This document shows, one piece after another, positions 18,124 to 26,766 of a DNA stretch of 64,000 nucleotides. The position numbers and the translations under genes are program-made. The notes beneath the pieces are model-generated. The model ran no database searches. It was not told where the DNA came from and worked only from the letters and a program-made list of their open reading frames with translations. The DNA is from Candidatus Latescibacterota bacterium (GTDB lineage: Bacteria; Latescibacterota; UBA2968), in the NCBI GenBank assembly GCA_965204745.1, contig OZ242010.1:4480001-4544000 (forward strand), in the 5' to 3' direction. Numbering within the stretch: the first letter of the stretch is position 1; every line of letters begins with the position of its first letter.

Positions 18124-20301
18124 ATGGCAACGGATATAGCAGATCAAAAACGAGTGTCTGCCGAGCGCGTCACAGTCGCTGTGGTCGGCAATCCCAACAC
18201 GGGCAAGACAACGCTTTTTAATGCGCTGACCGGGCTTTCGCAGCGCGTGGGAAATTTCCCCGGCGTGACGGTCGAGCGCAAAATTGGGCACCTGACATTG
18301 CCCCAAGTGGGCGCGGTTGACCTGCTGGATTTGCCCGGTACCTATAGCCTTTCGGCGCGATCCCCAGATGAAGTCATCGCGGTTGAAGCCCTGATGGGCA
18401 TTCTGGAAGGCGAGCGCGATATTCAAGCCGTGCTCGTGGTGCTCGACGCCAGCAACTTGCGGCGCAATTTATACGTCGTCTCGCAACTTCTCGAACTGAA
18501 TTTGCCCCTGGTCGTGGCCCTCAATATGTCGGATGTGGCCAAGGCCAGGGGCATTTTTATCGACGCGGATATTCTGACCGAGCGGCTGGGGGTGCCGGTC
18601 ATTTCCGTGCAGGCCAACAAACGCGCGGGGCTCGGCGAATTAAAGGCCGCGCTTTCCCGCGTGCTCGGCAAGGGCACGGCGCCGGCGCGCAGCGGGGCAT
18701 TGCCGCACGCTTTGTGGGCAGAGGTCGAGCGGTTGGCGCGAAAATACGAGGGCGCGTCTGCGGGCTTGGTGTTGCGCGGGTTGATCGACGGGCAAGGCGC
18801 GTTTGCAACCGCTGTTTTGAACCGCTTTGGCGATGGCTTTGCATCCGATATCCGCGCATTGCACGCACGGATCGAAGGAGAGGCACTGGCGAGCCGCGAG
18901 ATCGAATCGCGCTATCGCTGGATCGACGAGGTGCTCGATGGCGCGTTGCGCGATCCAGAGCCGCTCCGCAAGACCCGGTCCGATCGGTTGGATCGCGTGC
19001 TGACGCATCCGCTCGGCGGTCTCTTGAGTTTTGCCGCGGTGATGGCCCTGGTTTTTCAGGCGATTTTTTCATGGGCCGCGCCGCTGATGGATGCGATAGA
19101 CGCGCTGTTTGGCACGCTCGGCAACTGGGTGTCCGGGTATTTTCCCGACGGCGCGTTGCAAAGCATGGTGGTCGATGGGGTCATTGCGGGCGTGGGTGGC
19201 GTGGTCATTTTTTTGCCGCAGATCTGCATCCTATTTCTCTTTATCGGCCTGCTCGAAGATTGCGGGTATATGGCCCGCGCCGCGCTGTTGATGGATCGGT
19301 TGCTCACGCCTTGTGGGTTGTCGGGCAAGTCGTTTATCCCCCTGTTGTCGAGTTTTGCCTGCGCGATTCCCGGGGTGATGGCAACGCGCACCATCGACGA
19401 TCCCAAGGACCGCATTGCCACGATGCTGGTCGCGCCCCTGATGAGTTGCTCGGCGCGGTTGCCGGTGTACGCGATTTTTATTGGGGCGTTTATTCCGGAT
19501 CGAACGCTTTGGGGCGGATTTGGCTTGCAAGGGCTCGTGCTGTTGGCGCTGTATTGCGTGGGAATTGTCGTGGCGATTCCGGTTGCGTGGATCGTAAAAA
19601 AGACGCTGTTGAAGGGACAGCCCGCGCCGTTTGTGCTCGAGTTGCCGTCCTACAAGATGCCCGATGCGGGCACGGTGGGCATGCGCGTGTATCAAAGCGC
19701 GCGGCATTTTTTGGAACGCGCCGGCACGTTGATCCTCGCCGCGACCATTGTGATGTGGGCACTGGCGTATTTCCCGCGGTCCGAAACCATTGCCGCGCAT
19801 TACGAAGCCGAACGCACGCGATTGGCAGACGCGCCACAGGAGGTGCTGTCCGACTTGAACGCCCGCGAAGCCGGCGCCATGCTCGAACAGAGTTTCCTCG
19901 GGCGGATGGGGCACGCGATAGAACCGGTCGTCGAGCCACTGGGATGGGATTGGCGAATCGGCATGGCCGCGCTGGCGTCTTTTCCGGCGCGGGAGGTGAT
20001 CGTCGCGGTTTTGGGCACGATTTACAGCTTGGGCGAGGTGGATGAGGAATCCGCATCGTTGCGAGACGCGCTTCGATCCGCGACATGGGCAGATGGGCGC
20101 GAGGTGTTCAACATCCCGGTCGCGCTTTCGATTATGGTGTTTTTCGCCCTGTGCGCGCAGTGCGTTTCCACGCTCGCGGTCATCCAGCGCGAGACGGGCC
20201 GCTGGCGGTGGCCCGTGCTGACGTTCGCCTACATGACGCTGCTCGCGTACATCGGCGCGTTTGTGACGTATCAATTCGGCATGGCATGGGGATGGGGGTG
20301 A
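18124..20301 (+). CDS. feoB: Ferrous iron transport protein B
   Basis: GNPNTGKT, VGNFPGVTVE, DLPGTYSL, NMSD, LEDCGYMARAA, MSCSARLP. Confidence 0.97.
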   Translation: MATDIADQKRVSAERVTVAVVGNPNTGKTTLFNALTGLSQRVGNFPGVTVERKIGHLTLPQVGAVDLLDLPGTYSLSARSPDEVIAVEALMGILEGERDIQAVLVVLDASNLRRNLYVVSQLLELNLPLVVALNMSDVAKARGIFIDADILTERLGVPVISVQANKRAGLGELKAALSRVLGKGTAPARSGALPHALWAEVERLARKYEGASAGLVLRGLIDGQGAFATAVLNRFGDGFASDIRALHARIEGEALASREIESRYRWIDEVLDGALRDPEPLRKTRSDRLDRVLTHPLGGLLSFAAVMALVFQAIFSWAAPLMDAIDALFGTLGNWVSGYFPDGALQSMVVDGVIAGVGGVVIFLPQICILFLFIGLLEDCGYMARAALLMDRLLTPCGLSGKSFIPLLSSFACAIPGVMATRTIDDPKDRIATMLVAPLMSCSARLPVYAIFIGAFIPDRTLWGGFGLQGLVLLALYCVGIVVAIPVAWIVKKTLLKGQPAPFVLELPSYKMPDAGTVGMRVYQSARHFLERAGTLILAATIVMWALAYFPRSETIAAHYEAERTRLADAPQEVLSDLNAREAGAMLEQSFLGRMGHAIEPVVEPLGWDWRIGMAALASFPAREVIVAVLGTIYSLGEVDEESASLRDALRSATWADGREVFNIPVALSIMVFFALCAQCVSTLAVIQRETGRWRWPVLTFAYMTLLAYIGAFVTYQFGMAWGWG

Positions 20302-20304
20302 CAC

Positions 20305-20478
20305 ATGAGCGACTGGCAAAATTGGATCGCGGTTGCGGTGGCCCTGTGGTGTGCAGGCCGCGTTGTGCGCGAGATAGCGAAGCCGTTTGTCACCCCATCT
20401 TCGGGATGCGGCGGCGCGTGCGAGAACGCGGGGTTCACTCGCACCACTCCCCGCGAGGAGTTGCTCGAGATCGAGTGA
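20305..20478 (+). CDS. FeoB-associated small Cys-containing membrane protein (57 aa; absent from ORF track)
   Basis: MSDWQNWIAVAVALWCAGRVVREIAKPFVTPSSGCGGACEN...; N-terminal TM segment then GCGGAC, 3 nt after feoB. Confidence 0.75.
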   Translation: MSDWQNWIAVAVALWCAGRVVREIAKPFVTPSSGCGGACENAGFTRTTPREELLEIE

Positions 20479-20514
20479 CGCCCGGAGTTGATCTCGGGTC
20501 GGATGGAGTAAATC

Positions 20515-20697
20515 ATGGCAACCGTGTTTGTGCCCCATGCGGAAAGCGAATATCGACGGCTCGTGACCGTACTGGACGATTTGATCGACGTGGTCGGGGA
20601 AAATGAAAATCACCCGTTGGCCTCATTGATGGAGGTCATTGGTGTGCTGATCGAGAGATACGAAGCCGAACACGTTCCAGAACTGAGAGATATATAA
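20515..20697 (+). CDS. HigA-type antitoxin N-terminal domain lacking the HTH
   Basis: EYRRLVTVLDDLIDVVGENENHPLASLMEVIGVLIERYE; GGAG RBS. Confidence 0.65.
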   Translation: MATVFVPHAESEYRRLVTVLDDLIDVVGENENHPLASLMEVIGVLIERYEAEHVPELRDI

Positions 20698-20706
20698 CTC
20701 GTCCAA

Positions 20707-21064
20707 CAATGCGAATTAAGAGTAGAAAGCGAGTAGGAAGCAAGCCGAGACCAATCGCCCAAAGACATGGACGAGTCATCCATTACCGAATCGCCTTTTA
20801 GAACTCGTCCTAAAACAAACGAGAGATGTTCTTCCCCTTCCTCGTAGGACCTATCCCCCCGGCCCCCTTTCCTACAAGGAAAGGGGGAGCGCATGGCTTT
20901 TTGAAGGTTTGTCTCCCTAGCTGTTCTGATGGCTTTGAGCGAATAGATCACGCCATGGAACCCCAAACCCCTCGCACAACCTCTCGCCATTCCCCCCTTC
21001 CTCACAGGAAGGGGGGCCAGGGGGGTAGGTCCCAATAAATGGATGCAACGCTTTATTCGCATCA
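20707..21064. mobile_element. MITE family B, copy 1 (358 bp)
   Basis: Near-identical inverted copy at 40159-40516; termini CAATGCGAAT...ATTCGCAT; internal REP-like hairpins. Confidence 0.8.
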
Positions 21065-21183
21065 ACGAATAAAAAATTTGCGTCTCTCTATGCGGGGATT
21101 TGCTCCAACTATACATTCACCATACGACCCTCAATCCATTGGATTGGGGGTTTTTGTTTTGCGTTGGCTTTGGGATTTTATAT

Positions 21184-21201
21184 ATTTAGGCATGGCTAAA
21201 T
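21184..21201. promoter_or_regulatory. Putative DtxR/MntR operator
   Basis: ATTTAG-gcatgg-CTAAAT palindrome 20 nt upstream of the metal-binding lipoprotein start. Confidence 0.65.
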
Positions 21202-21221
21202 TTTGTTTTTTGGAGGGTGTC

Positions 21222-22130
21222 ATGTACCGACTGTTCGCTATGGCGGGTGTTTTGTTGTGTTGCGCGTGTGGCGGGGGGGACGCGCCCCCGGTTGCCGAGG
21301 GCAAGAAACGGGTGGTGTGTACGACCGGGATGATCGGGGACTTGGCGCGCCGTGTCGCGGGGGATCGCGCAGAGGTGATTGCCCTGATGGGGCCGGGCAT
21401 CGACCCGCATTATTACAAGGCCACGCAGGGCGATTTGCAACTTCTGTCGCGGGCAGATGTGATCTTTTACAACGGCCTGTTTTTGGAAGGCAAGTTGGAA
21501 GATATTTTTGAAAAAATGGCGCGTACCAAGACCGTGGTTGCGGTATCGCGGGATATTCCCAAAGACCGGTTGCGGAAACCGTCCGAAGGCGGGTACGATC
21601 CGCACATCTGGTTCGACGTGGCCCTGTGGGCGGAAACCCTGAATGTGGTTGTCGAGACCCTGAGCGAACGCGACGCCGAGGGCGCCGAGGTGTTTCGCGC
21701 CAATGCCGAGGCGTATCGCGAGCAGTTGCGCGATTTGCACGCTTGGGCAAAAGCACAGATCGAGCGCATTCCCGCGGATCGGCGCGTGCTGATCACCGCA
21801 CACGATGCGTTTGGGTATTTTGGCCTCGCTTACGGCATTGAGGTGCGCGGGCTTCAGGGCATTTCGACCGTGGCGGAATACGGGGTCAATGACGTGTCGC
21901 GCTTGGTCAATTTTATCGTCGACCGGCGCGTGAAAGCCATTTTTGTGGAAAGCAGCGTGCCCGAGCGGTCGATCAATGCGGTGCGCGAGGGATGCAAAGC
22001 GCGGGGGTGGAATGTCGCAGTGGGCGGCACGCTGTATTCAGACGCGATGGGGCCTGCGGGCAGCGGCGCGGATACGTATATCGGCATGGTGCGGTCCAAT
22101 GTGAATGCGATTGTCGAGGCAATGAGGTGA
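21222..22130 (+). CDS. Mn/Zn ABC transporter substrate-binding lipoprotein (TroA/MntA family)
   Basis: Lipobox CACG, GIDPHYY, YNGLFLEG, DPHIWFD, TAHDAFGYFG, FVESS, LYSDAMG. Confidence 0.93.
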   Translation: MYRLFAMAGVLLCCACGGGDAPPVAEGKKRVVCTTGMIGDLARRVAGDRAEVIALMGPGIDPHYYKATQGDLQLLSRADVIFYNGLFLEGKLEDIFEKMARTKTVVAVSRDIPKDRLRKPSEGGYDPHIWFDVALWAETLNVVVETLSERDAEGAEVFRANAEAYREQLRDLHAWAKAQIERIPADRRVLITAHDAFGYFGLAYGIEVRGLQGISTVAEYGVNDVSRLVNFIVDRRVKAIFVESSVPERSINAVREGCKARGWNVAVGGTLYSDAMGPAGSGADTYIGMVRSNVNAIVEAMR

Positions 22131-22139
22131 GATGGAAAT

Positions 22140-22562
22140 TTAGCCACAAAAGGCACAAAAGGCACAAAAGGTGAGAGGCGAGAGGTAAGAGGGCCGCCCA
22201 ACCACCCCAAAGGCGAAAAGCAACCATGCCATCGCAAAAGACCCTCCGATCAAGCCATCACGCACAGCGCGCAAGTCCGTTTCGCAACCAACGTTCATTA
22301 TGCAACCCACTTTGCAGGCCGACGCATGTCGTTCTGCTACAAAAGCGCTTTGCGCTGTGCAAGCCCCTCGGCGTTTGAGAGCGGCATTTTTTGCCTACTT
22401 TTTTTTGCTGTTGAAAAAAAGTAGGTCGCCGAAGGCATCAAAGGCAACCAACGATGTTGCAGAACAAACTTTTGAGACAAGCACCGCATGATTTGTACGG
22501 AATGTCTGTTCCTCATTCATCCCTGATAGGACGCAGGATACGGACAACTTAAAATCAAAACT
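22140..22562. repeat. Dispersed long repeat family C, copy 1
   Basis: Inverted homolog at 31862-32331; starts with GGCACAAAA nonamers; contains CTACTTTTTTTTG-ctgttg-AAAAAAAGTAG hairpin. Confidence 0.8.
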
Positions 22563-22588
22563 GATGCGCCGTTCCGTCGGAGAAAATT

Positions 22589-23374
22589 ATGGTACACACG
22601 CTCGATGAATCCATAACGCCCATCCACATTCACGATATGACGGTGGCGTATCACAAGAAGCCCGTGCTGTGGGATGTGGATCTCGCCATACCAGAGGGCA
22701 AACTCGTCGGGGTTGTAGGGCCAAATGGCGCGGGCAAGAGCACGATGATCAAAGCCATTATGGACCTCGTTCCCAAAGCGTCTGGGTGGGTTCGCATCTA
22801 CGGAAAGCCATATCCGCGGGCGCGGCGGGCTATCGGCTATGTGCCGCAGCGCGAATCGGTCGATTGGGATTTTCCCATCCATGCCTTAGACGTGGTGCTC
22901 ATGGGGCGCTATGGGCATGTGGGATGGATAAAGCGGCCGGGCAAGCGCGATAGGGAACGGGCAGAAGAAGCCCTCGCAAAGGTCGGCATGAGCGAGTTTG
23001 GGCACCGGCAGATCAACCAGTTATCCGGCGGGCAACAACAGCGCGTTTTCCTGGCGCGGGCACTGGCGCAAGACGCGCAAATTTACTTGATGGACGAACC
23101 CTTTGCCGGGGTTGACGCCGCGACCGAGCATGCGATTATCGACATTTTGATGGACCTGCGGGCGCGAAAAAAAACCATGCTGGTCGTCCACCACGACTTG
23201 CACACGGTCAGGCAGTACTTTGACTGGCTGGTTTTGATCAACATGCGCGTGGTGGCCGCGGGCGAGACGCGAGATGTGTTCACCGAAGAGAATTTGAACA
23301 AGACCTACGGCGGGCGGTTGACCGTGCTGTCCGAAGCCGCGCAAGCCGTTGCGGATCACCGCGGAGGGCTATGA
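22589..23374 (+). CDS. Mn/Zn ABC transporter ATP-binding protein (TroB family)
   Basis: GPNGAGKST, LSGGQQQR, MDEPFAGVD, VHHDL. Confidence 0.95.
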   Translation: MVHTLDESITPIHIHDMTVAYHKKPVLWDVDLAIPEGKLVGVVGPNGAGKSTMIKAIMDLVPKASGWVRIYGKPYPRARRAIGYVPQRESVDWDFPIHALDVVLMGRYGHVGWIKRPGKRDRERAEEALAKVGMSEFGHRQINQLSGGQQQRVFLARALAQDAQIYLMDEPFAGVDAATEHAIIDILMDLRARKKTMLVVHHDLHTVRQYFDWLVLINMRVVAAGETRDVFTEENLNKTYGGRLTVLSEAAQAVADHRGGL

Positions 23375-23375
23375 G

Positions 23376-24656
23376 GTGATTTGGGACGCGACATTTCAAC
23401 TCGTCTTGCTCGGCGCGTTGCTGATCGGCGCGACCTCGGGCACGCTGGGCGCGTTTGCCGTGTTGCGCCGGCGAAGTCTGTTGGGCGACGCCCTGGCCCA
23501 TGCCGCGCTTCCGGGCGTGGCGTTGGCGTTTTTGTGGGCGCAGACCAAGGCATTGCCCGTCCTGCTTTTGGGCGCGACGGTGTCCGGCGTCATCGGCGTG
23601 CTCGCCATCGAGGTCATCGTCAACTACACGCGCATCAAAGCCGACGCTGCGCTGGGCATCGTGTTGTCGGTGTTTTTCGGGATCGGCATTGTGTTGCTCA
23701 CGCATATTCAGCAAAGCGCGGTGGGCAATCAAAGCGGGTTGGACAAATTTCTCTTTGGGCAAGCGGCGTCTGTGGTGCGCGCAGATCTGTACGTGATGTG
23801 CGCGGTGTCCGCGCTGGTGCTCATCGCGGTGTGCGCGTTTTACAAAGAGTTTAAGGGCCTGATTTTCGACTCGGACTTTCTCGGCGCGCTGGGGTTTCCC
23901 CCGCGCCTGGTCGATCTGTTGCTGATGGGGTTGATCGTGCTCACCGTGATGGTCGGGCTTCAAGCCGTGGGGGTTATTCTCATCGCCGCGATGCTGATCA
24001 CCCCGGCCGCTGCGGCCCGGTTTTGGACGGATCGGTTGCATGTGATGGTGGTCGCGTCCGGGATTTTGGGCGCGTCGTGCGGCGCGCTCGGCACGGGCAT
24101 CAGCGCGCTCGCGCCCCGCATTCCCACCGGGCCGGTGATGGTGCTGGTCGCAACGGCGGCTTTTCTCTTCTCCGCGCTGATCGCCCCAAGGCGCGGGGTG
24201 CTCGCCCGATGGGCGCGCAGGCGGGAAAACGCGCTGCGGGAAAACGGACAGCATTTCTTGCGGGCTTATGTCGCGTTGCGAGCAGGACATGGCGACGCGG
24301 TCGCCTTGACGGCCATCGCCGATGAATTGCAGGTGTCGCGCCGCCGCGTCCAAAGGCTCGCCAAACGCCTGTCGCGCGACGGGTGGGTGGCACGCCACAA
24401 TGGCGCGTGTTCGTTGACGGCACAGGGGCAAAAAGAGGCGGCGTTCGTGGTCAAATCGCACCGGCTGTGGGAATACTATTTGGTGTATCGGTCCATTTTG
24501 GAACGCGATCACGTCGACCGGCCCGCGGATGAGGTGGAGCACATTCTCACGCCGGAGATGATCGACCAACTCGAAACCCTGTTGGCAAACGAAAATATCG
24601 ACACGGACATTCACGCAACCGACAGTGGCTATCGGAGGACAGGCGGCGATGGGTGA
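23376..24656 (+). CDS. Mn/Zn ABC permease with C-terminal DtxR-like domain
   Basis: LLGDALAHAALPG, LQAVGVILIAAMLITPAAAAR; C-terminal HTH plus HRLWEYYL..HVDRPADEVEHIL. Confidence 0.9.
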   Translation: MIWDATFQLVLLGALLIGATSGTLGAFAVLRRRSLLGDALAHAALPGVALAFLWAQTKALPVLLLGATVSGVIGVLAIEVIVNYTRIKADAALGIVLSVFFGIGIVLLTHIQQSAVGNQSGLDKFLFGQAASVVRADLYVMCAVSALVLIAVCAFYKEFKGLIFDSDFLGALGFPPRLVDLLLMGLIVLTVMVGLQAVGVILIAAMLITPAAAARFWTDRLHVMVVASGILGASCGALGTGISALAPRIPTGPVMVLVATAAFLFSALIAPRRGVLARWARRRENALRENGQHFLRAYVALRAGHGDAVALTAIADELQVSRRRVQRLAKRLSRDGWVARHNGACSLTAQGQKEAAFVVKSHRLWEYYLVYRSILERDHVDRPADEVEHILTPEMIDQLETLLANENIDTDIHATDSGYRRTGGDG

Positions 24657-25926
24657 ATTTTGGGGGCCATTTTGGATCGTGCTCACCGGCGCGCTGGCCG
24701 GGGGCGCGTGCGGGCTTTTGGGCGCGTACCTCGTGTTGCGGAAGATGTCGCTGTTGGGCGACGCCCTCAGCCACGCGGTTTTGCCCGGCATCGCGATTGC
24801 GTTTTTGCTGTCGGGCAGCCGCGATGTGTTGCCGATGTTTGTCGGCGCGGCCGCGTGTGGGGTGGTTGCCACGCTGTTGATCGAGACCTTTCACCGCAGG
24901 TGGCGCGTGCAAGAAGACGCGGCTATCGGCATTGCGTTCACCGCGCTGTTCGCGCTCGGCGTCGTTTTGATTACGGCATTTGCTGGGCAGGTCGATTTGG
25001 ATCAGGAATGCGTGCTGTACGGGGAAATCGCGTACGCGCCGTGGGACCGCTTGTTCTGGAATGAGCGGGACCTAGGGCCGCGCCCGGTGTGGATCCTCGG
25101 CGTGGTTTTCGCGCTCGATTTGCTGATCGTGGTGGTGTTTTACAAAGAGTTGTTGATCGCGTCTTTCGACCCGGAAATGGCGGTTTCCGTGGGCATCAGT
25201 GCCGCGCTGATGCACTACGTTTTGATGGGGGCCGTCTCCGTGACGACTGTGGCCGCATTCGAGTCCGTGGGCGCGATTCTCGTGGTGGCGATGCTGATCG
25301 TGCCCGGCGCATCGGCCTATTTGTGGAGCGATAGGTTGAAGGTCATTTTGATCCTCTCCGCGCTGATGGGCGTGGGGTCTGCTGTCGCGGGGTATTTTCT
25401 CGCCGGCGCGTGGAACAGTTCCATTGCCGGCGCGATGGTCGTGGCGATGGGGGCCATCTTCGCGGCGTCCCTCCTGGTCGCGCCGCGCTATGGCCTGTTG
25501 GGGCGGTTTGTGCGGCGGGCGCGCCTTTCCATTCGCGTGGCACGCGATCACGTTTTGCTCAAATTGCTCCGGGAGCGCGAATCCCGAGCCGTCTCCGCGC
25601 TCGGCCGGGGCGATTTGGTTGACTTAGCCACACCCCGACTTTCCGGCATCGCGCTTCGGTCCTTGATGTGGCAAGGGCTGATCGTGCGGGAAAACGGGCG
25701 GTTCGCCCTCGCGGAACAAGGGATCGCACGCGCGACCGAGTTGCTCCGCAATCACAGGCTTTGGGAAGCCTATCTCAACCGGCTGGGACTGCCGCCGGAT
25801 CACGTCCACGATCCCGCAGACGCGCTCGAACACATCACGGACGACCACCTCCAACGCGAAATCCGCGCGGCCCTGCCCGATGTCGCTATCGACCCACAGG
25901 GCAAGCGCATTCCCGACGCGCGATGA
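24649..25926 (+). CDS. Mn/Zn ABC permease with C-terminal DtxR dimerisation domain
   Basis: LLGDALSHAVLPG, FESVGAILVVAMLIVP; C-terminal HRLWEAYL..HVHDPADALEH..DPQGKRIP. Confidence 0.9.
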   Translation: MGEFWGPFWIVLTGALAGGACGLLGAYLVLRKMSLLGDALSHAVLPGIAIAFLLSGSRDVLPMFVGAAACGVVATLLIETFHRRWRVQEDAAIGIAFTALFALGVVLITAFAGQVDLDQECVLYGEIAYAPWDRLFWNERDLGPRPVWILGVVFALDLLIVVVFYKELLIASFDPEMAVSVGISAALMHYVLMGAVSVTTVAAFESVGAILVVAMLIVPGASAYLWSDRLKVILILSALMGVGSAVAGYFLAGAWNSSIAGAMVVAMGAIFAASLLVAPRYGLLGRFVRRARLSIRVARDHVLLKLLRERESRAVSALGRGDLVDLATPRLSGIALRSLMWQGLIVRENGRFALAEQGIARATELLRNHRLWEAYLNRLGLPPDHVHDPADALEHITDDHLQREIRAALPDVAIDPQGKRIPDAR

Positions 25927-26091
25927 TATGCTTGCCTCTGCGCGGGGTTTGTCTTACTTTCGAGCGAGTTGAACGCCGCCTCTAAGAACGAGGAGCAAAA
26001 ACCGATGACCCAACTTCTCCAACGGGCTTTTGAGAGAGCCACCAAACTCCCGCAAAAAATAGACAGAGACCCTGAAATATGGGAGCGAGAC

Positions 26092-26766
26092 ATGATCAGC
26101 CAATCGTCACAGGATTATTTGAAAACCATTTACAAACTGACGCATGGGCAAAATCCGGTCGCGTCTGTGACGACCTCGCTGATCGCCGAGACCCTGTCGG
26201 TCGCGCCCGCGTCTGTAACCAATATGCTCAAGAAACTCGCGTCCATAAAGCTGGTGAACCACACGCCGTATCAGGGCGTCGCGCTCACGCCCACGGGCGA
26301 GCGCATCGCCCTCGAGGTCATCCGCCACCACCGCTTGCTCGAGCTCTATTTGTCCGAAGTGCTCGGCTTTGATTTAGACAAGGTCGACGCAGAGGCGGAT
26401 CGGTTGGAACACGTCATTTCCGAGGAATTTGAGGATAAAATCGACCGCGCCTTGGGCTATCCCACGGTTGATCCGCACGGCGCGCCCATTCCGAGCAAGG
26501 ACGGGTCCATCGAGTACGGGGATTATCTGAGTTTGTCAGAGATCGCGCCCGGCGAACGGGTGCGCGTGATGCAAGTGAGCGACCAAAGCGCGGAAATGCT
26601 GCGCTATATGGCCGCGATGGGCATTCGGCCCAATGTCGAAATTCAAGTCGTCGAGCGCGCGCCGTTTAATGGGCCGATGGACATTGTGGTCGATGGCGAG
26701 GCCGCGCATTCCCTCGGTCTCGAAGTGGCCGAGCACATCTATGTTTCGCCTGCGGAGGAAGCATGA
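26092..26766 (+). CDS. DtxR/MntR-family repressor with FeoA-like C-terminal domain
   Basis: QDYLKTIY, SVTNMLKKL, RHHRLLELYL, ADRLEHVIS, DPHGAPIP; in-frame upstream ATG at 26005. Confidence 0.93.
   Translation: MISQSSQDYLKTIYKLTHGQNPVASVTTSLIAETLSVAPASVTNMLKKLASIKLVNHTPYQGVALTPTGERIALEVIRHHRLLELYLSEVLGFDLDKVDAEADRLEHVISEEFEDKIDRALGYPTVDPHGAPIPSKDGSIEYGDYLSLSEIAPGERVRVMQVSDQSAEMLRYMAAMGIRPNVEIQVVERAPFNGPMDIVVDGEAAHSLGLEVAEHIYVSPAEEA

Noticed and set aside
20610-21116. ORFs within repeats (20610-21116, 40161-40565, 11325-11645, 22300-22491, 32040-32417)
   Set aside because: They are translations of MITE/REP sequence without convincing RBS or protein family features
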